From Peribolospora baueri (taxonomy: Eukaryota), in the NCBI GenBank assembly GCA_029717555.1, contig JAMDHS010000118.1:1-54035 (forward strand): DNA of 54,035 nt. The letters are read 5' to 3'. The translations under genes and the position numbers were made by a program. The number at the start of each line of letters is the position of its first letter. Position 1 is the first letter of the stretch. The notes beneath the pieces were generated by a model that was given only the letters and a program-made list of their open reading frames with translations, had not been told where the DNA came from and searched no databases. Below, one piece after another: positions 30,603-44,217 of this stretch.

Positions 30603-33600
30603 TGTATTTAGCTCTATTAACATTACCTATTTTAGGTTCAATCGTTTCAGGATTTATGGGACGAAAAATTGGAGTTACAGGTAGCCACTTTATTACTTGC
30701 TCATGTTTAATAACATCAGCAATTCTTGCTATTATAGCTTTTTATGAAGTAGGATTATGTGGTTCACCTGTATCAATTAACTTAATTAGTTGGATTGATT
30801 CAGAGTTAATGGTTGTATCATGGGGATTCTTATTTGATAGCTTAACTGTATCTATGTTATTAGCAGTATTAGGTGTATCAGCATTAGTACATATATTCTC
30901 AATTAACTATATGGCTGAAGATCCACACAACCAACGATTCTTTTCATATCTATCAATGTTCACATTCTTCATGCTTGTATTAGTTACAGGAGATAATTAT
31001 CTAATAATGTTTATAGGATGGGAAGGTGAAATAATTTGCCTTAAATGGTATACTATTATAAATTCATATGTTTTATTCGCATTAAATACATTTACATTAC
31101 CGTCACTACATCTTGGATTTCCATTATTAATCACAAAGAGTGACTTGTCCGGAGGAGTAAATAACAAAATCTCTTCTTTACATAGAATAGGTCCACATGC
31201 ACAAGACGTAATTTCTGTAATTGTAGGATCTATTTTAGGAGAATCCCATTTGGAAAAAAGAGGATTAGGTACTAGAATTAAATTTTCACAATCAAATAAA
31301 AATGTAGAATATTTAATGTGGTTTCATGATTTCTTTGCTAGCAGAGGTTATTGTAATAATAAAAAGCCAGTTTTGAAAACTCGCATTAGAAAAGATTTGA
31401 AAAAATTATATTATTATAGTTTTAATACTTATACTTTTTCTAGTTTTAATTCATTACATAATGATTTCTATACTTTTGATTCTAATCAAAATAAATGGAT
31501 TAAAAGATTACCAGTTGCGCAAAGTGATAACAAATTAGAAAATTATTTAACTCCTCTAGCAATAGCTATTTGGTTTATGGTTGATGGCAGCGTGCAGCGC
31601 ACTAAATTAGATGAAGGAGTAAAAATCTCTACAAATAACTTCACAAAAGAAGAAATAGAAAAAATATGTATTATTTTAAAAAATAAATATAATATTAATA
31701 GTTCTATTCACATTAATAGAGTAACTCCAAAAAATATTACATACAGTATGTATATTCATAAAAATTCTATGCATATCTTGGCTTCTATTATAAATCCATA
31801 TATTTTCCCAAGATCTCTTTATGCGAAGCGTGCGTAGCTTTTTTTATTTTATATAAAAACAGGAGCGCTTATAAATTAGAACAACAAGGATTGCTTATAC
31901 ATAATATTATAAAGCTCCATAGTAGAATAGCTAATTTTTATGAAGTTAAATGTTTAATTTATTAATAGTATATCATAGTAAACAAAAGTATTTCTAGCAA
32001 TTGTAATTAAAAATAGAAAATTTAGATAGACCTCGTTCCGAGACGCTCCTTTATATAATCTAAAAAACTTTGTTTGCGATATCATTGAAAACGGTTAACG
32101 AAATTTACTTTTTTCAAAGACCGTCGGCTTTATTACAGGTCGCTATCGACTAGTTCAATGGTAGGTGTCTGAAATGATGCTTAATGTATAGTCAGAATCT
32201 TCATTATGTAATTATACATATTAAATAATGCCAAGGCTCACGTAAATCCTTCTAGGTAGTGAATGTACAGGGTAATAATAGAAAAGTGATATTATTAAAA
32301 TATGTTACGCGCTCTTGTCACGAATGTTTTATAATTCTATTATTATTAAGATTTGATTGGAATTACATCTTATTTATTAATTAACTTCTGGTATACTAGA
32401 ATACAAGCTAATAAAAGTGCTATTAAAGCTTTAGTTGTAAACAGAGTTGGAGATATGTTCCTATCAGTAGCGTTCTTTGCTTTATTTTTTGTATTTGGTA
32501 ATTTAGATTACGCTACTGTGTTCAGTATTGCACCATTTATTAATGAGACATCTATTACAATTATTGGATTATTATTATTATTAGCTGCTATGGGTAAATC
32601 TGCTCAACTGGGACTACATACTTGGTTACCGGACGCAATGGAGGGCCAGAGACCCAAGAAGTATTTATTATTATTAGTATTTTTATTAATTATTTTATTT
32701 GATTTAATTAATTTTAAATCAACAGATTCCCTTATTCTAACATGTTCTATTCTTCCATTTTGTAAAGATGATAAATTTATTCCAGCTAAATATTTAGATC
32801 CTATGGTTGGAGAATTATTAGGAGATGGATGTATTAGATTTCCTGGTAAACGAGGTAATAATGCTAGATTTGAAATTACAATGGGTATTGATAATTATTC
32901 TTACTTATTGCATTTACGATATAATATTTATAAAGATTTATGTACTGATAATAAACCAACTCCTTATCCTAATCCAGATAAAACAGGTAAACCTGTTCAA
33001 CAACATTGGTTTGGTTCTAAATCTCTTCTAGCTTTAACTCATTTACATAGTATTTGGTATATTAATAAACAATCTGGTAAGAGTAAATATACTAAAATTG
33101 TACCTAATAATATCTTCGAAATGCTTACACCAATTGGTTTAGCTCATTGGATTATGGGTGATGGTTATTTCGATAATCAAGGAAAAACAGTATATTTATG
33201 TACTGATAGTTTTACTGAAAAAGAAGTAGAATTATTAATTTCAGTATTATACTTAAATTTTGGATTATTATGTACTAAAGCAAAACGAACTAGAGAAAAT
33301 AAAATAATTTGTTGGCGAATTAGATTTAGTTCTAACAAAACGAATTTAAATCTTTTAAGATGAATCGTAAAACCTTATATTATTCCTGAAATGGAATATA
33401 AATTAGGTCTTAAAAATAAATTTTTGGTTAAAAGAGTAACGGACAACTTCAACAGCTCGCAATAATTAATAAAAATACTAATTACATAATAAGAATTTAG
33501 GACTCTCCTAAAATTTCTCTATATGCGGAAACATCCTAAAACTATTTGGTCCTCTCAAAACTTATTTTTTTTTGGAAAAATTCAAATGGAAGGACAATCC

Positions 33601-36600
33601 GCAGGAAACCAAACATTATAAAACGTTAATGGAGTAGGATCCTAAGAGACTACATGTGAAATGTTAAATATTATCGATTCAAATTCATTAAACGACTACT
33701 TCATTTTTAATTAGTTCCTTCTAAACATTTAAATATTGGTTTATTGGTTTTACAGAAGGTGATGGATCATTTATTGTGTTTTTTTAAAATAAAGGCGCGG
33801 AAGCACGCTCCGCACACAAATATTCTTTAAAGTTTATACACACTAATAAATATATTGATTATTTTGCTTGGATCACTTAAAGTGTATAAATTAGTAATTA
33901 ATAAAGAACATTTAAATGAAAATGGGCTTAACAAAATCAAAATTTTAATGAATCAGATAAATCGATAATTTTAATGAAGATATAGTCCGAACAGTTATGA
34001 AAATAACTGCGTATACTGATTTCCTTTAAGGAATCCGAAGTATCAACACATTTTGCCTACACCAGTTAGTGCCTTAATTCATGCTGCTCTCAAAAGACTT
34101 AAACTTTCATTATTTTATACCTTTTTTTTCTATTAACCTTTTATCTTCTCATATACTTTCACTGGATTTTAAATTCATCAATATCTAATGAAAATTATAT
34201 CAAGTTATGCCTTTACCCTTATTATAAAAATTGGGCGGCCAGCTCCGCAGGCCATACGCTGATTATTTATTCATAATTTGTTTAGTAAGTTCATACATCT
34301 GGTTATTAACAATACTATCTAAACCTATTAATGATTATGGTCTCAAGGAAGTGAAAGTAATAACTTGTATTTCTTTATCTTTGCTGTGTTGTGTTATACT
34401 AAAATGCAGTTTAACTTGAAATTCTAATTTCATAGTGGAGTTTTTTCAGTCGAAGAGAACAATACAAATAAAATTAAACGCTTCGCACTCCGCACTCCGC
34501 CGTAAATTTAGTGGAACCACTTCAATATCTCTTCAAGTTTTTCAATTTATTTTATACATTCACCAGTCGAAGATAATGTACCCTGGAAAGTAACTTCCTC
34601 AACTATTTCAGTTTTAAAAGCATTAACTTCATTCTATTATTGGGTACCAATAGATAATACAATACGATCATTCTTAGAATATAACTGTAAGAATGTTATC
34701 AGTGACATTCCTATGTTAATGGGTACATCTAATATTGGTATATCTAAGAATAATTAAACAATTGGTAGGATTGCCTTTACCCTTTTCTTTTTTTTTCTAA
34801 GAAAAAAAACTAAAATTAGGTGCTGCCGCCACTATTTTATCTAATAAGTCAGAGCTTATAAATTGTGCTACACTACGTTCTCCAGAACGCTTTGTTGATG
34901 CAGATAATGCTTTGATATATTTCTTTATTAATAAAAAATTTTAAGTGTGTACTATAGTAAAGGGGGGCATTAATATGAGTATTTATTAAAAGGTATTAAA
35001 GTACCTAATTATTTAATTTTATTAGCATTCATAGATAAATATTTCCAAATTATATTAGAAGCTAAAACTAGTACGCGCGCAGCACACATTTTAAATTGTT
35101 TTACAGAATTTCACCTTTGAATGGGGGCCTGCCTTATTAAAATTGGCTTATATCCTTATTTTTTTTAAAAAATTAGCGGAGCTTTTTATTTTTTTTTGAC
35201 AAAAAAAAAGGAAACAAAAATAACCTCTTGAACAAGCTATTATCAGCTATTTCAACCCTGAAATTAAGAATATCTCTGTTAGTGTAAGCTATACTTTACC
35301 TAATATTGATATAACCAACTATGAATCAAGTATTGATACTAGATTGGATATAATTTGTGTATATGAAAAGGATTTCCATTATTTATTTAATCAATATAGT
35401 TTCTATAAATAAGTGATCCAGCATCATCACTAGATATTTCAGGATATCAGATTAGAAATACAAGAAATCGAGAGGCTCCTTTCATTTATTGTCCAGTTCC
35501 TGATCAAATGTTACGTATTTACGATAATACCTTAGGTTATCTTTCTTCAAATATCTCATTATCATCAGCACATAAATTACAATTAGTGAAAGGTATAAAA
35601 CTTGAATCTATACTATATTGAATAATTCAAGCTATTGAAGATGATAAGACTAATATATATGGTGAATTCAAAACTGCTACTCAATTTGCTCGCGAAGATA
35701 ATCTAAATGTATGGCAAGCTTATAGATATTTAAATTTAGAAGGAGATATACATATTTTAGGAGGAAATTTAGCAATATATTTATGTTGTAATCCTAATTA
35801 TAGATAATATCTCCTTGAAATGCAGTATAAACGTAATTGGCCAGTAGTTTCTATTGATACTGTAGATAATACAGTTAAAGTTCATGATAATCCAAATACT
35901 GCTAGAAAAGAATTCTCAGAATTATTAGATATTACTGAACTCAAACCTAGTAGAAAATTTACTAAGGATTACATTACAGGGCTTAAGCGATATTTTAGTT
36001 TACTTACATAAGAAGATTTATATTACAATGGCTTAAGGAATATAAAATTTAGTCATTTTCTGTGACTAAACCTAGTATGAAATTGGATATTGCAATAATT
36101 ATTTATTCAATCTCTGATTACTTAATAATAGAAGTATTAATAACTTTAATTTATTAATAAGGCGTAGCATAATAAAAGGTATATTATATAAATGAAAATA
36201 TATTAGAGTAACAGCCTTAATCGGTAACGATTATGTTAAAAAATCATTATATGTTCAGGGACATTATAAAAGTTTATATTTAGTCTAAAGTATTAATAAA
36301 GTAGACTTAAAATAATATAAATACGTAATTATCTGCAGATAATATAAATATCTCAGAGACTATATATGAACTCCTTATATTATTAAGGAATAAGAAATAG
36401 TCCGCATCATCAAATTAATTAATTTGAGATAAAGTACTCTAGTAACTGCTGGAGTTTATCTATTACTAAGATCTTCTCCAATAATTGAATATGGTCCTAC
36501 AGCTTTAGTAGCTATTACATGGGTAGGAGCTTTAACAGCCTTCTTTGCTGCAAGTACAGGTTTATTACAAAATGATATTAAACGAGTAATCGCTTACAGT

Positions 36601-39065
36601 ACATGTAGTCAAATGGGATATTTATTTATGGCTTGTGGTTAGAAAGGCCTCAAATTAATACTGCTATAAGCTAGAAAATATATTTAAAACTATTCGTTTA
36701 TGATTAAACGAAAAAATTAGTTTATATTATGCTAATCCCAGCACGCGCTCTTATTTTTGTTCAACAAAAATTAGCATAAAAAATTATTTAATAACTAGCT
36801 GATATATTAATATATCTCAGAGATTATACGCAGTAAATTTAAATTATAATCTAGTTTAAATTAAGAAATAATCCAAATATTATATTAGGCGATTGATTAA
36901 AACTATTATATAGTAAACTCTACTATTATCTCAAATATCTTACACATCTAATATATCAAATATTTATGCCTTTTTTTTATTTTATATAAAATAAAAACAG
37001 AAGTTAACCTTTCATTTTCAATTCCATTTGTATGCTTGCGAGCATATATGTCTCCATCAGATAAATAAAGATATTCTTCTATGTAACCTAATTGGTTTAA
37101 TGAAGTTGTATTGTGTAGATTTTTATTAGTTTTTTGTTTTTTTGATTCCCTTTGAAAAAAAAAGAATAATTCTAAAAAATTAGAATGAATGGTAAACATG
37201 CATTACTAAGTATTCAAGAAACTCATTTTAAATTAACATTTGGATTGCTTATGGTTAATGTGCTTATCTCTACATCTTGTTTTCTCTGATATTTATAAAA
37301 TTAATAGAAATAATTTTACAAGTATTTATGCATTTCAAACACTAACCATGCCTTATTTTACTAATTTATATCGCTGCTTATTTTTGTCCCAGAAAAATTA
37401 GCGAAATGGAATTGAATTCAAAAATAGAGGGTAAATCTTTTAAACGATTACTTGAAGATATTGAATCATTACTTACACCTATTGCTTTCGCATTTTTGAT
37501 TATGGGTGATGGAGGATAGGATAAATCTAGAAATCTAATTAATTTATATACTAACTGGTTTACTTTATCTGAAGTAAAAATTTTATCGCTCTAATTTTTG
37601 TGTTTTTTTGATTCCCTTTGAAAAAAAAAAAAGAAAAATGTATCCCCAAAATATTTTATTTAAAAATATGGTATAGAATCTTCTTTAATCAGAACTTCAA
37701 ACTCTGAACCAGATCGAGGTTATATTATTAGAATTCCTAATCGATCTGTGAATATCGTTAGAAAAGTATGTTTATCATATATCTAGGGGAACCCTGGGCC
37801 CCAGCCTCTTTTTTATTTTATATAAAAACAGGATAAGGAGCTTTTTTATTTTATATAAAAACAGGAGTGCGAAGCGCGGAGCTTTTATTATAAATTAGGA
37901 TGGGATTTAATACATTCTAAAATGAATAGTAGAGTTTTCATAACTAACATATTAAAAAGTTATTTCACTTGATTTCGCCTAATAATAAAAATTGCTTTCA
38001 CAATATAATGTAGCATTATTCCATTTAGTAAATCATGCATTCTTCAAAGCTTTATTATTCTTAGCTGCTGGTTCTGTATTACATGCATTTAGTGATCAAC
38101 AAGATTTAAGAAAACTTGGTGGATTAGCACCTGTGTTACCTTTTACTTATACAGCAATTTTAATTGGATCATTAAGTTTAATGGCTCTTCCATGGTTAAC
38201 AGGATTCTATTCTAAAGATCTAATTATTGAATTAGCATATGCACAATATGAATTCTCTGGTTCAATTGCTTATGCATTAGGAACAATAAGTGCTGTATTA
38301 ACTGCATTCTATAGTTTCCGATTAATATCATTAACCTTCTTTAGTTATCCAAATGGACCAAAAGAAGACTACTTACATGCACACGAAGCATCTACTGCTG
38401 TAGTAATTCCATTAGTATTATTATCATTAATGTCAATATTCTTTGGTTATTTAGCTAAAGATTTATTTGTAGGAATGGGAACAGATTTCTTATCAACAAG
38501 TTTATTTACACATCCATCACATATTACATTAATTGAAGCAGAATTTGCTATTCCATTATTATATAAACTATTACCTGCTATTGGTACATTATTTGGTGCA
38601 GGATTAGCATTTTATCTATATAATTTTGCACCACGTGCATTAAATGTAATTACAGATACACAATTAGGAAGAACTCTATATGGATTCTTTAATGGTAAAT
38701 ATTATGTGGATGTTATTTATAACCATTATATTATATATGGTAGTTTATATTTAGGATATACTATTTCTAAAGTAATTGATAGAGGAGTTATTGAATTAAT
38801 TGGACCTTTTGGTTTAGCTAGTTCATTAAGTTCAGGATCACGAGATATTGCTAAATTAGATACAGGAAATATTACTACATATGCTTTATATATATTATTA
38901 GGTTTAATAGCATTTACATTTATACTATTTGCGCCTATTTTACTTTCTTCATTAGAAGGAAATACAGTAGCATCAAGTACAGATATACGTTTATTATTAA
39001 TTTATGTTTCTGCATTAGTATTATTAGGAGTAACAGCTAAATACAAATCAAATAATATCACATAA
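30602..39065 (+). CDS. nad5: NADH dehydrogenase subunit 5; exons 30602-31027, 32356-32646, 34056-34087, 36435-36639, 37995-39065
   Basis: GWEG|IGITSY...[27 protein letters not shown]...[26 protein letters not shown]. Confidence 0.96.
31028..31837 (+). CDS. LAGLIDADG_2 endonuclease fused in frame to nad5 exon 1; probably decaying
   Basis: [11 protein letters not shown] and [15 protein letters not shown] motifs; C-terminus cut by a repeat insertion before a residual YKL at ~31870. Confidence 0.85.
   Translation, partial: EIICLKWYTIINSYVLFALNTFTLPSLHLGFPLLITKSDLSGGVNNKISSLHRIGPHAQDVISVIVGSILGESHLEKRGLGTRIKFSQSNKNVEYLMWFHDFFASRGYCNNKKPVLKTRIRKDLKKLYYYSFNTYTFSSFNSLHNDFYTFDSNQNKWIKRLPVAQSDNKLENYLTPLAIAIWFMVDGSVQRTKLDEGVKISTNNFTKEEIEKICIILKNKYNINSSIHINRVTPKNITYSMYIHKNSMHILASIINPYIFPRSLYAKRA
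31028..32355 (+). mobile_element. nad5 group I intron 1 (after nt 426), ID-like core
   Basis: ACCGTCGG...CGCTATCGACTAG...ATGTATAGTC core; T|...G boundaries. Confidence 0.86.
32647..33465 (+). CDS. LAGLIDADG_2 endonuclease fused in frame to nad5 exon 2 (TGA at 33361; TAA at 33463)
   Basis: [11 protein letters not shown] and [15 protein letters not shown]; after TGA the frame continues [15 protein letters not shown], the typical family end. Confidence 0.88.
33734..33968 (+). pseudogene. remnant of a second (LAGLIDADG_1-type) endonuclease in nad5 intron 2
   Basis: [15 protein letters not shown], followed after a deletion/repeat by [21 protein letters not shown]. Confidence 0.7.
34088..36434 (+). 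mobile_element. nad5 group I intron 3 with a large degenerate ORF (GIY-YIG-like) in its 5' loop
   Basis: Core only at 36245-36405 (TCTGCAG / TCAGAGACTAT / AAATAGTCC); fragments [13 protein letters not shown] (~35227) and NUMOD1-like segments at 35630-36000. Confidence 0.82.
36640..37994 (+). mobile_element. nad5 group I intron 4 with a degenerate LAGLIDADG_2 ORF (~37200-37900)
   Basis: TCAGAGATTAT / AAATAATCC core; fragment [16 protein letters not shown]...[10 protein letters not shown]. Confidence 0.84.
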
Positions 39066-39354
39066 CGATAAATAGGCTTTGTCCTAAATTAAATTACAAG
39101 AACTCTTAAAAAAAATACAAACACAAATTAATTCTAAATTGAATAGTATAAATTTAATAATAAGGGGGAAACCCACCTTCCGTCTAATTAGTATTAAATA
39201 TATCAACCCCATTTAGTAAATCTTTTATTCAAGTATATTTTTATACAATATATATATTTACTTGAACTTATAATTTGTCTTATAAAGTCTATGTATTATT
39301 CTAATAAGTTTAATTAATATAGAATAGTAGGTAGATACATACATAACAGAAGCT

Positions 39355-42312
39355 ATGTTAACGGTATTATACAATTTAATAGAAATTCTGATTGTTCTAG
39401 TACCTATTTTATTAGGTGTAGCTTTCATGACTATTATTGAAAGAAAAGTAATGGGAGCTATGCAACGTAGAGTTGGACCTAATAAAGTAGGATTTTATGG
39501 AGTACTACAACCATTATAAGTAGGTGGTATAAATATAGTAGTAATTCTATATTTACAAATCATAAGACTATATGCTTAGACGACTAGATAATACTATATA
39601 GTACAATTTGAAAACTTAATTGTAAAATTCTATATAGTTAGTCTATTAGCAGGTAGTTAACCTCAACGATCATACGTCTTACGCTTTTTAATAGAAGTGA
39701 TGAAATGATCTACCCAACTATATTATTTAAAGGTGTTATAATTATAAGTTTACTTTTTATATTTGAATATGTAACTCTTGAAATTAATTTACTTAATCAA
39801 GAATTAATATGCAGAAAAAGCATAGGCCTATTTGTAGCAACAGATCCAGGTAAGTTATATAGATATATTATTGCAAATACATCTTGGGTGGTTTTTGTTT
39901 TTCGGTATTAACATAAAAAGGATACCTTTTCGTATAAAAAGCGGAGGGCCAGCTCCGCAGGCCGCCATAATATTAAAAAATTCAAGAAACATATTGCAAT
40001 AGATCATTGTAAAGGGCTCCGCCGAAAAAGATCATAATAAGTTTCAAAGAAAATGGTGGGGAAAATCAGGTATATATAAGATCACTTTCCTACCTTTTCG
40101 AATTTTTACTTACTATGGATCATCTAGAAATTTAGGTCAACGACTAAAATACCATTATTATAATGGTAAATATAAAAGTACCTTCTTACTATATTCATTT
40201 CTGTATTTGGATTTCTAAATTTTATGTTACAATAATACAAATAACTCCACCCTCTGAATTACCAATCCGTGAAGATTGGTATTTAATTACTTTTCATCCA
40301 TTATTGAATATGCTTATTAAGTCATATATAGACCCACGTGATATTATATTTGTGTCACCAATCACTAAAGCAAAGATTAGCGCTGCACTATTAGGTAAGC
40401 CTAGATCTGAGGAACTTAAAAATAAATTAAGTAAGGCTCGATCTGGTAAAGCTAATCCTTTCTTTGATAGAAGTTTAGCTATCTTAACTTTAGATGCAGC
40501 TGCCACTGTTCTTGGTTATCCAATATATGTATACAATGAGATTTCATTCGAATTAGTAAATGGAAAACCATTCAGAAGTATTCGAGAAACAGTGAAACAT
40601 ATGCTTATTACCAGTTATTCTTTGAATAAAAAGCTTAATACTGGTAAAGCATTTAAAGCATACTTTTTTTTTAGTAGTCCTTAATCTTATAAGTCTTAAA
40701 ATGGTATATATGACATTAATAGAAATAGTTAATATAAAATAGAGAGAGTATTATATCAATCTTATTTTAATTGTTCTATACCCTTAATGAATAATATCTT
40801 TATAATTAGTTGGGTGTTGCAGATGCATTAAAACTAGTAGTTAAAGAACAAGTTATTCCTTCTCAAGCTACTAAAAGTTTATTCTTCTTAGCTCCTATTT
40901 TAGCTTTAATTTTTAGTTTATTAGGTTGGGGAGTAATACCATTTGGTTCAGGATTAACATTATCAGAATTCTCTTTAGGAGTTCTTTATACATTAGCATT
41001 ATCATCAATAGGAATTTACGGTGTACTTTTCGCTGGTTGGTCAGCTAATTCTAAATATGCTTTATTAGGATCATTACGATCTACAGCTCAAATGATTAGT
41101 TATGAATTAATATTTAGTGCTGCTGTATTATGTGTATTAATATGTGCTGGAACTTTTAATTGGGGACAAATTATAGAGCTACAAGAATCAGTATGGTATA
41201 TTATACCTCTATTACCAGTATTTATTATGTATTTTATTTCAGCACTTGCTGAAACTAATAGAACACCATTTGATCTTCCAGAGGCTTTCTAGATTCGGTC
41301 TCATTAAATACTACTGTATGCTAAAATATACTAATTATATTCTACTGTGTTAATCAGTAAAAATGAAAAAAAAAATAGTGTTATTAGCAGCTAATTTAGC
41401 TCAGAGACTTTACGTAGTAATCTTTCTATACATTCGTATTAAGATAAGGAAAAGTCCTAAATTATTATACTTATAATGCACCGCGCACTTTTGGTGTGTG
41501 CCCTTTTTGTTTTTTTTCTTAATAAAAAGAGAACTCATCCCGAAAAAGGATACATTTCGTAATAAATGGGACCCTCGACGCCATGAAAAATTAAATCAAA
41601 TATCTTATAATAAGCATTCTGATCGGGCCTGCCTTATTATAAAAATTTTATACAGACTATTTTATTAATCTATAATCCATTAAATAAGGTATTTGTATTA
41701 CAGCTTGATACTAATTGTGATATTCTTATTAGAATGTTTAAAAAAGAATGTTGAAGCTGCAAACTAATTTATATACATAAAACTACTTTATGTTGATTAG
41801 TAAAGTCAGGGAAATTATAGCAAGATTAATTTTATCTAATCACGCGTCGAGTGTATGTGCTTTTATTTTTCTTTTTTTTTTCTAAGAAAAAAAACTAAAA
41901 ATTAGGATGGCCAGCTCCGCAGGCCAGGGCCCCAGTATATTAAATAATTAAGGAATCAGAACTAGTTGCTGGATTCATGACAGAACATTCAGGAATGATT
42001 TTTGTATTCTTCTTCCTAGCAGAATATTGTAGTATAGTATTAATGTCTACTATCTCTGCAATGTTATTCCTAGGTGGATACAATATGCCTGAATTATTTG
42101 TAAATGATACATTTATTAATTTACAATCTATTATATTAGGAGTTAAAGCCTGTATATTTGCATTTATATTTGTATGGATTAGAGCTACTTTACCTAGATT
42201 ACGATATGATCAACTAATGACATTCTGTTGGACAGGTATGCTTCCAATGGCTATTGGTGTTTTAATTTTAGTACCTAGTATTTTAGTAGCATTTGATGTT
42301 ATGCCATATTAG
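39355..42312 (+). CDS. nad1: NADH dehydrogenase subunit 1; exons 39355-39514, 40817-41286, 41953-42312
   Basis: [15 protein letters not shown]...LQPF|ADALKL...[25 protein letters not shown]. Confidence 0.96.
39515..40816 (+). mobile_element. nad1 group I intron 1 with a degenerate GIY-YIG ORF (~40020-40684)
   Basis: TCAACGATCAT / ATGATCT core; fragments [28 protein letters not shown] and NUMOD3 GKPRSEE. Confidence 0.84.
39900..39943. repeat. dispersed repeat; inverted copy at ~44943-44986, partial copy at ~1865-1888
   Basis: TTTCGGTATTAACATAAAAAGGATACCTTTTCGTATAAAAAGCG versus CGCTTTTTATACGAAAAGGTATCCTTTTTATGTTAATACCGAAA. Confidence 0.85.
41287..41952 (+). mobile_element. nad1 group I intron 2, no intact ORF
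   Basis: ATGCTAA / TTAGCAG / TCAGAGACT / AAAAGTCC core. Confidence 0.85.
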
Positions 42313-42736
42313 TATATAATTTATATAAATTATTAGTCAATACTATACACAGTATTTTGTTTATACGCTGTAATAGTAAAAAAATGTAATTAAGAAACCC
42401 CTGCGGAGCATTTATATCTTTGTGTTTCTGTGATTTTTTTGATTCCCTTTTTCGGATCATAAAAAGAGATTCAAACTGTGGAGCCTTATCAGAAATTAGT
42501 TTTTTATATTTTACCTAAAACACTATCCATTATAAATATATATTTATTCAAAATATAGCTTATATAAAAGTATAAGTAATATAATATAATAAAATAATAA
42601 TTAATTTGTGCTAAATTATTATTTATAAATTAACACATAAATAACATAATTTTTTGAATGATTTCTATAAGAAAGATAAAATCGATGATTTTTTAAATCT
42701 ATCATATAAGATCTGGAAAATATTTCTAGATTGAAA

Positions 42737-44217
42737 ACGTTTATGAGTTTGATCTTGGCTCAGTTTCAACGTTATCTAGTGGAATTAAACATGTAAGTCT
42801 AATATAATATTTTTTATATGGCGTAGGGGTGAGTAAAGATATAGAAGATACCCTTAAGACTCCATAAATGGGGGATAAAAATAATTGAAAGGAAAGTTTT
42901 CCACTTGAGGATTCGCTATATTAATAATAGGTAGTTGGTAGTAAAAAAGACTACCAAGCCAATGATGTTTAGGGAAATGAGTGAAAGCTTTGATCCTCAC
43001 AGTAGGGATGAAAACACCTACCGTCTATTTTAAGACGCAACAGTTTAGAATATTAGGCAATGTTCGAAAGAATGACCTAGTCAACTAGAATTTTACAAGA
43101 GGAGAACTCTTGTGGATAGAGTAAGGAGGATAATGACTTTCCTTACTATAAGTCCAATCTAACCATCGTGCCAGCAGAAGCGGTAATACGGGGTGGGCTA
43201 ACGTTAGACGTATTTAATAGGTGTAAAGGGTATGTAGGTGGTTATTATAACATTAATAACTAGAATCGAATAGAGGAAAGGATAATGCTAAGAGTAGGGA
43301 TGAAATCCGATTATACTTAGTGGAATACTAATTGCGAAGGCACCTTTCTAATTAACGATTGACACTAAGATACGAAAGCTTGGGGAGAGACAAGGATTAG
43401 ATACCCTAGTATTCCAAGCCGTAAACTATCTACACTATTATTTGGTAGCAATTATTATATCTGATAAGATGCTAACGCTTAAGTGTAGCACCTTGTGAGT
43501 ATAGCATCAGTGCTGAAAACAAAAAGATTAGAGGGCACCAGAAACCCGAAGTGAAGCATGTTATTTAATACGATGATCCACGTAGAACCTTACCTTTCCT
43601 TGTATGAAAATAGTTAAATGAATACCCTTGTCGGAGTAGTTTGTTTGCCTATTGTGCTAATTTTAAAAATCAGTATAATAGGTTTTTTTTCACAGGTGTT
43701 GCATGGCTGTCGTCAGTTCGTGTTGTTAAATGTAAGGTTAAGTCCGATAACGAACGAAATCCTTATCATAAATTTTTACTTTTTGATGAATACCTCGATA
43801 TGAGGAATATTAGGATTATGACAAGCCCTCATGACCCTTATGGAATGGGCTATAGACGTGCCACACTAATCTTTACAAAAGGAAGCAATTTCGTGAGAAG
43901 GAGCTAATCCTCAAAGAAGATTCTGTACGAATTATAGTCTGTAACTCGACTATATGAAGGAGGAATTTCGAGTAATCGTCTTTAGTACGGGACGGTGAAC
44001 TTTAGATCTGGAGTCTACTAACTGCTCATCATGCGAGCCAAGCTTGCGTTGCATGAACATTGTATAACTTTATTAATATATTTAAAAACAAAATTTTTGC
44101 ATGCTACGTAGCAAGAATATTTTTTATAGTTAATAATTTTATGCTTGGAGTGTGATAAAGTGAGGGTTGTAAAGTTGAACCAAGGTAGCTGTACGGGAAC
44201 GTGTAGCTGATTGATAA
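42737..44217 (+). rRNA. rns: small subunit rRNA, no intron evident; ends approximate
   Basis: GAGTTTGATCTTGGCTCAG, GTGCCAGCAG..GCGGTAATAC, GGATTAGATACCC, GCATGGCTGTCGTCAG and terminal AACCAAGGTAGC helix. Confidence 0.95.

Larger units (their letters stand above)
32647..34055 (+). mobile_element. nad5 group I intron 2 (after nt 717)
   Basis: ATGCGG / CCGCAGG / AGAGACTAC / AAGATATAGTCC core; guide at 33498-33508. Confidence 0.87.

Noticed and set aside
42568..42580. TATAAGTA yeast-like promoter motif upstream of rns (also ~14085, 28260, 44268)
   Set aside because: Expected by chance at this AT content, and not established for this lineage.
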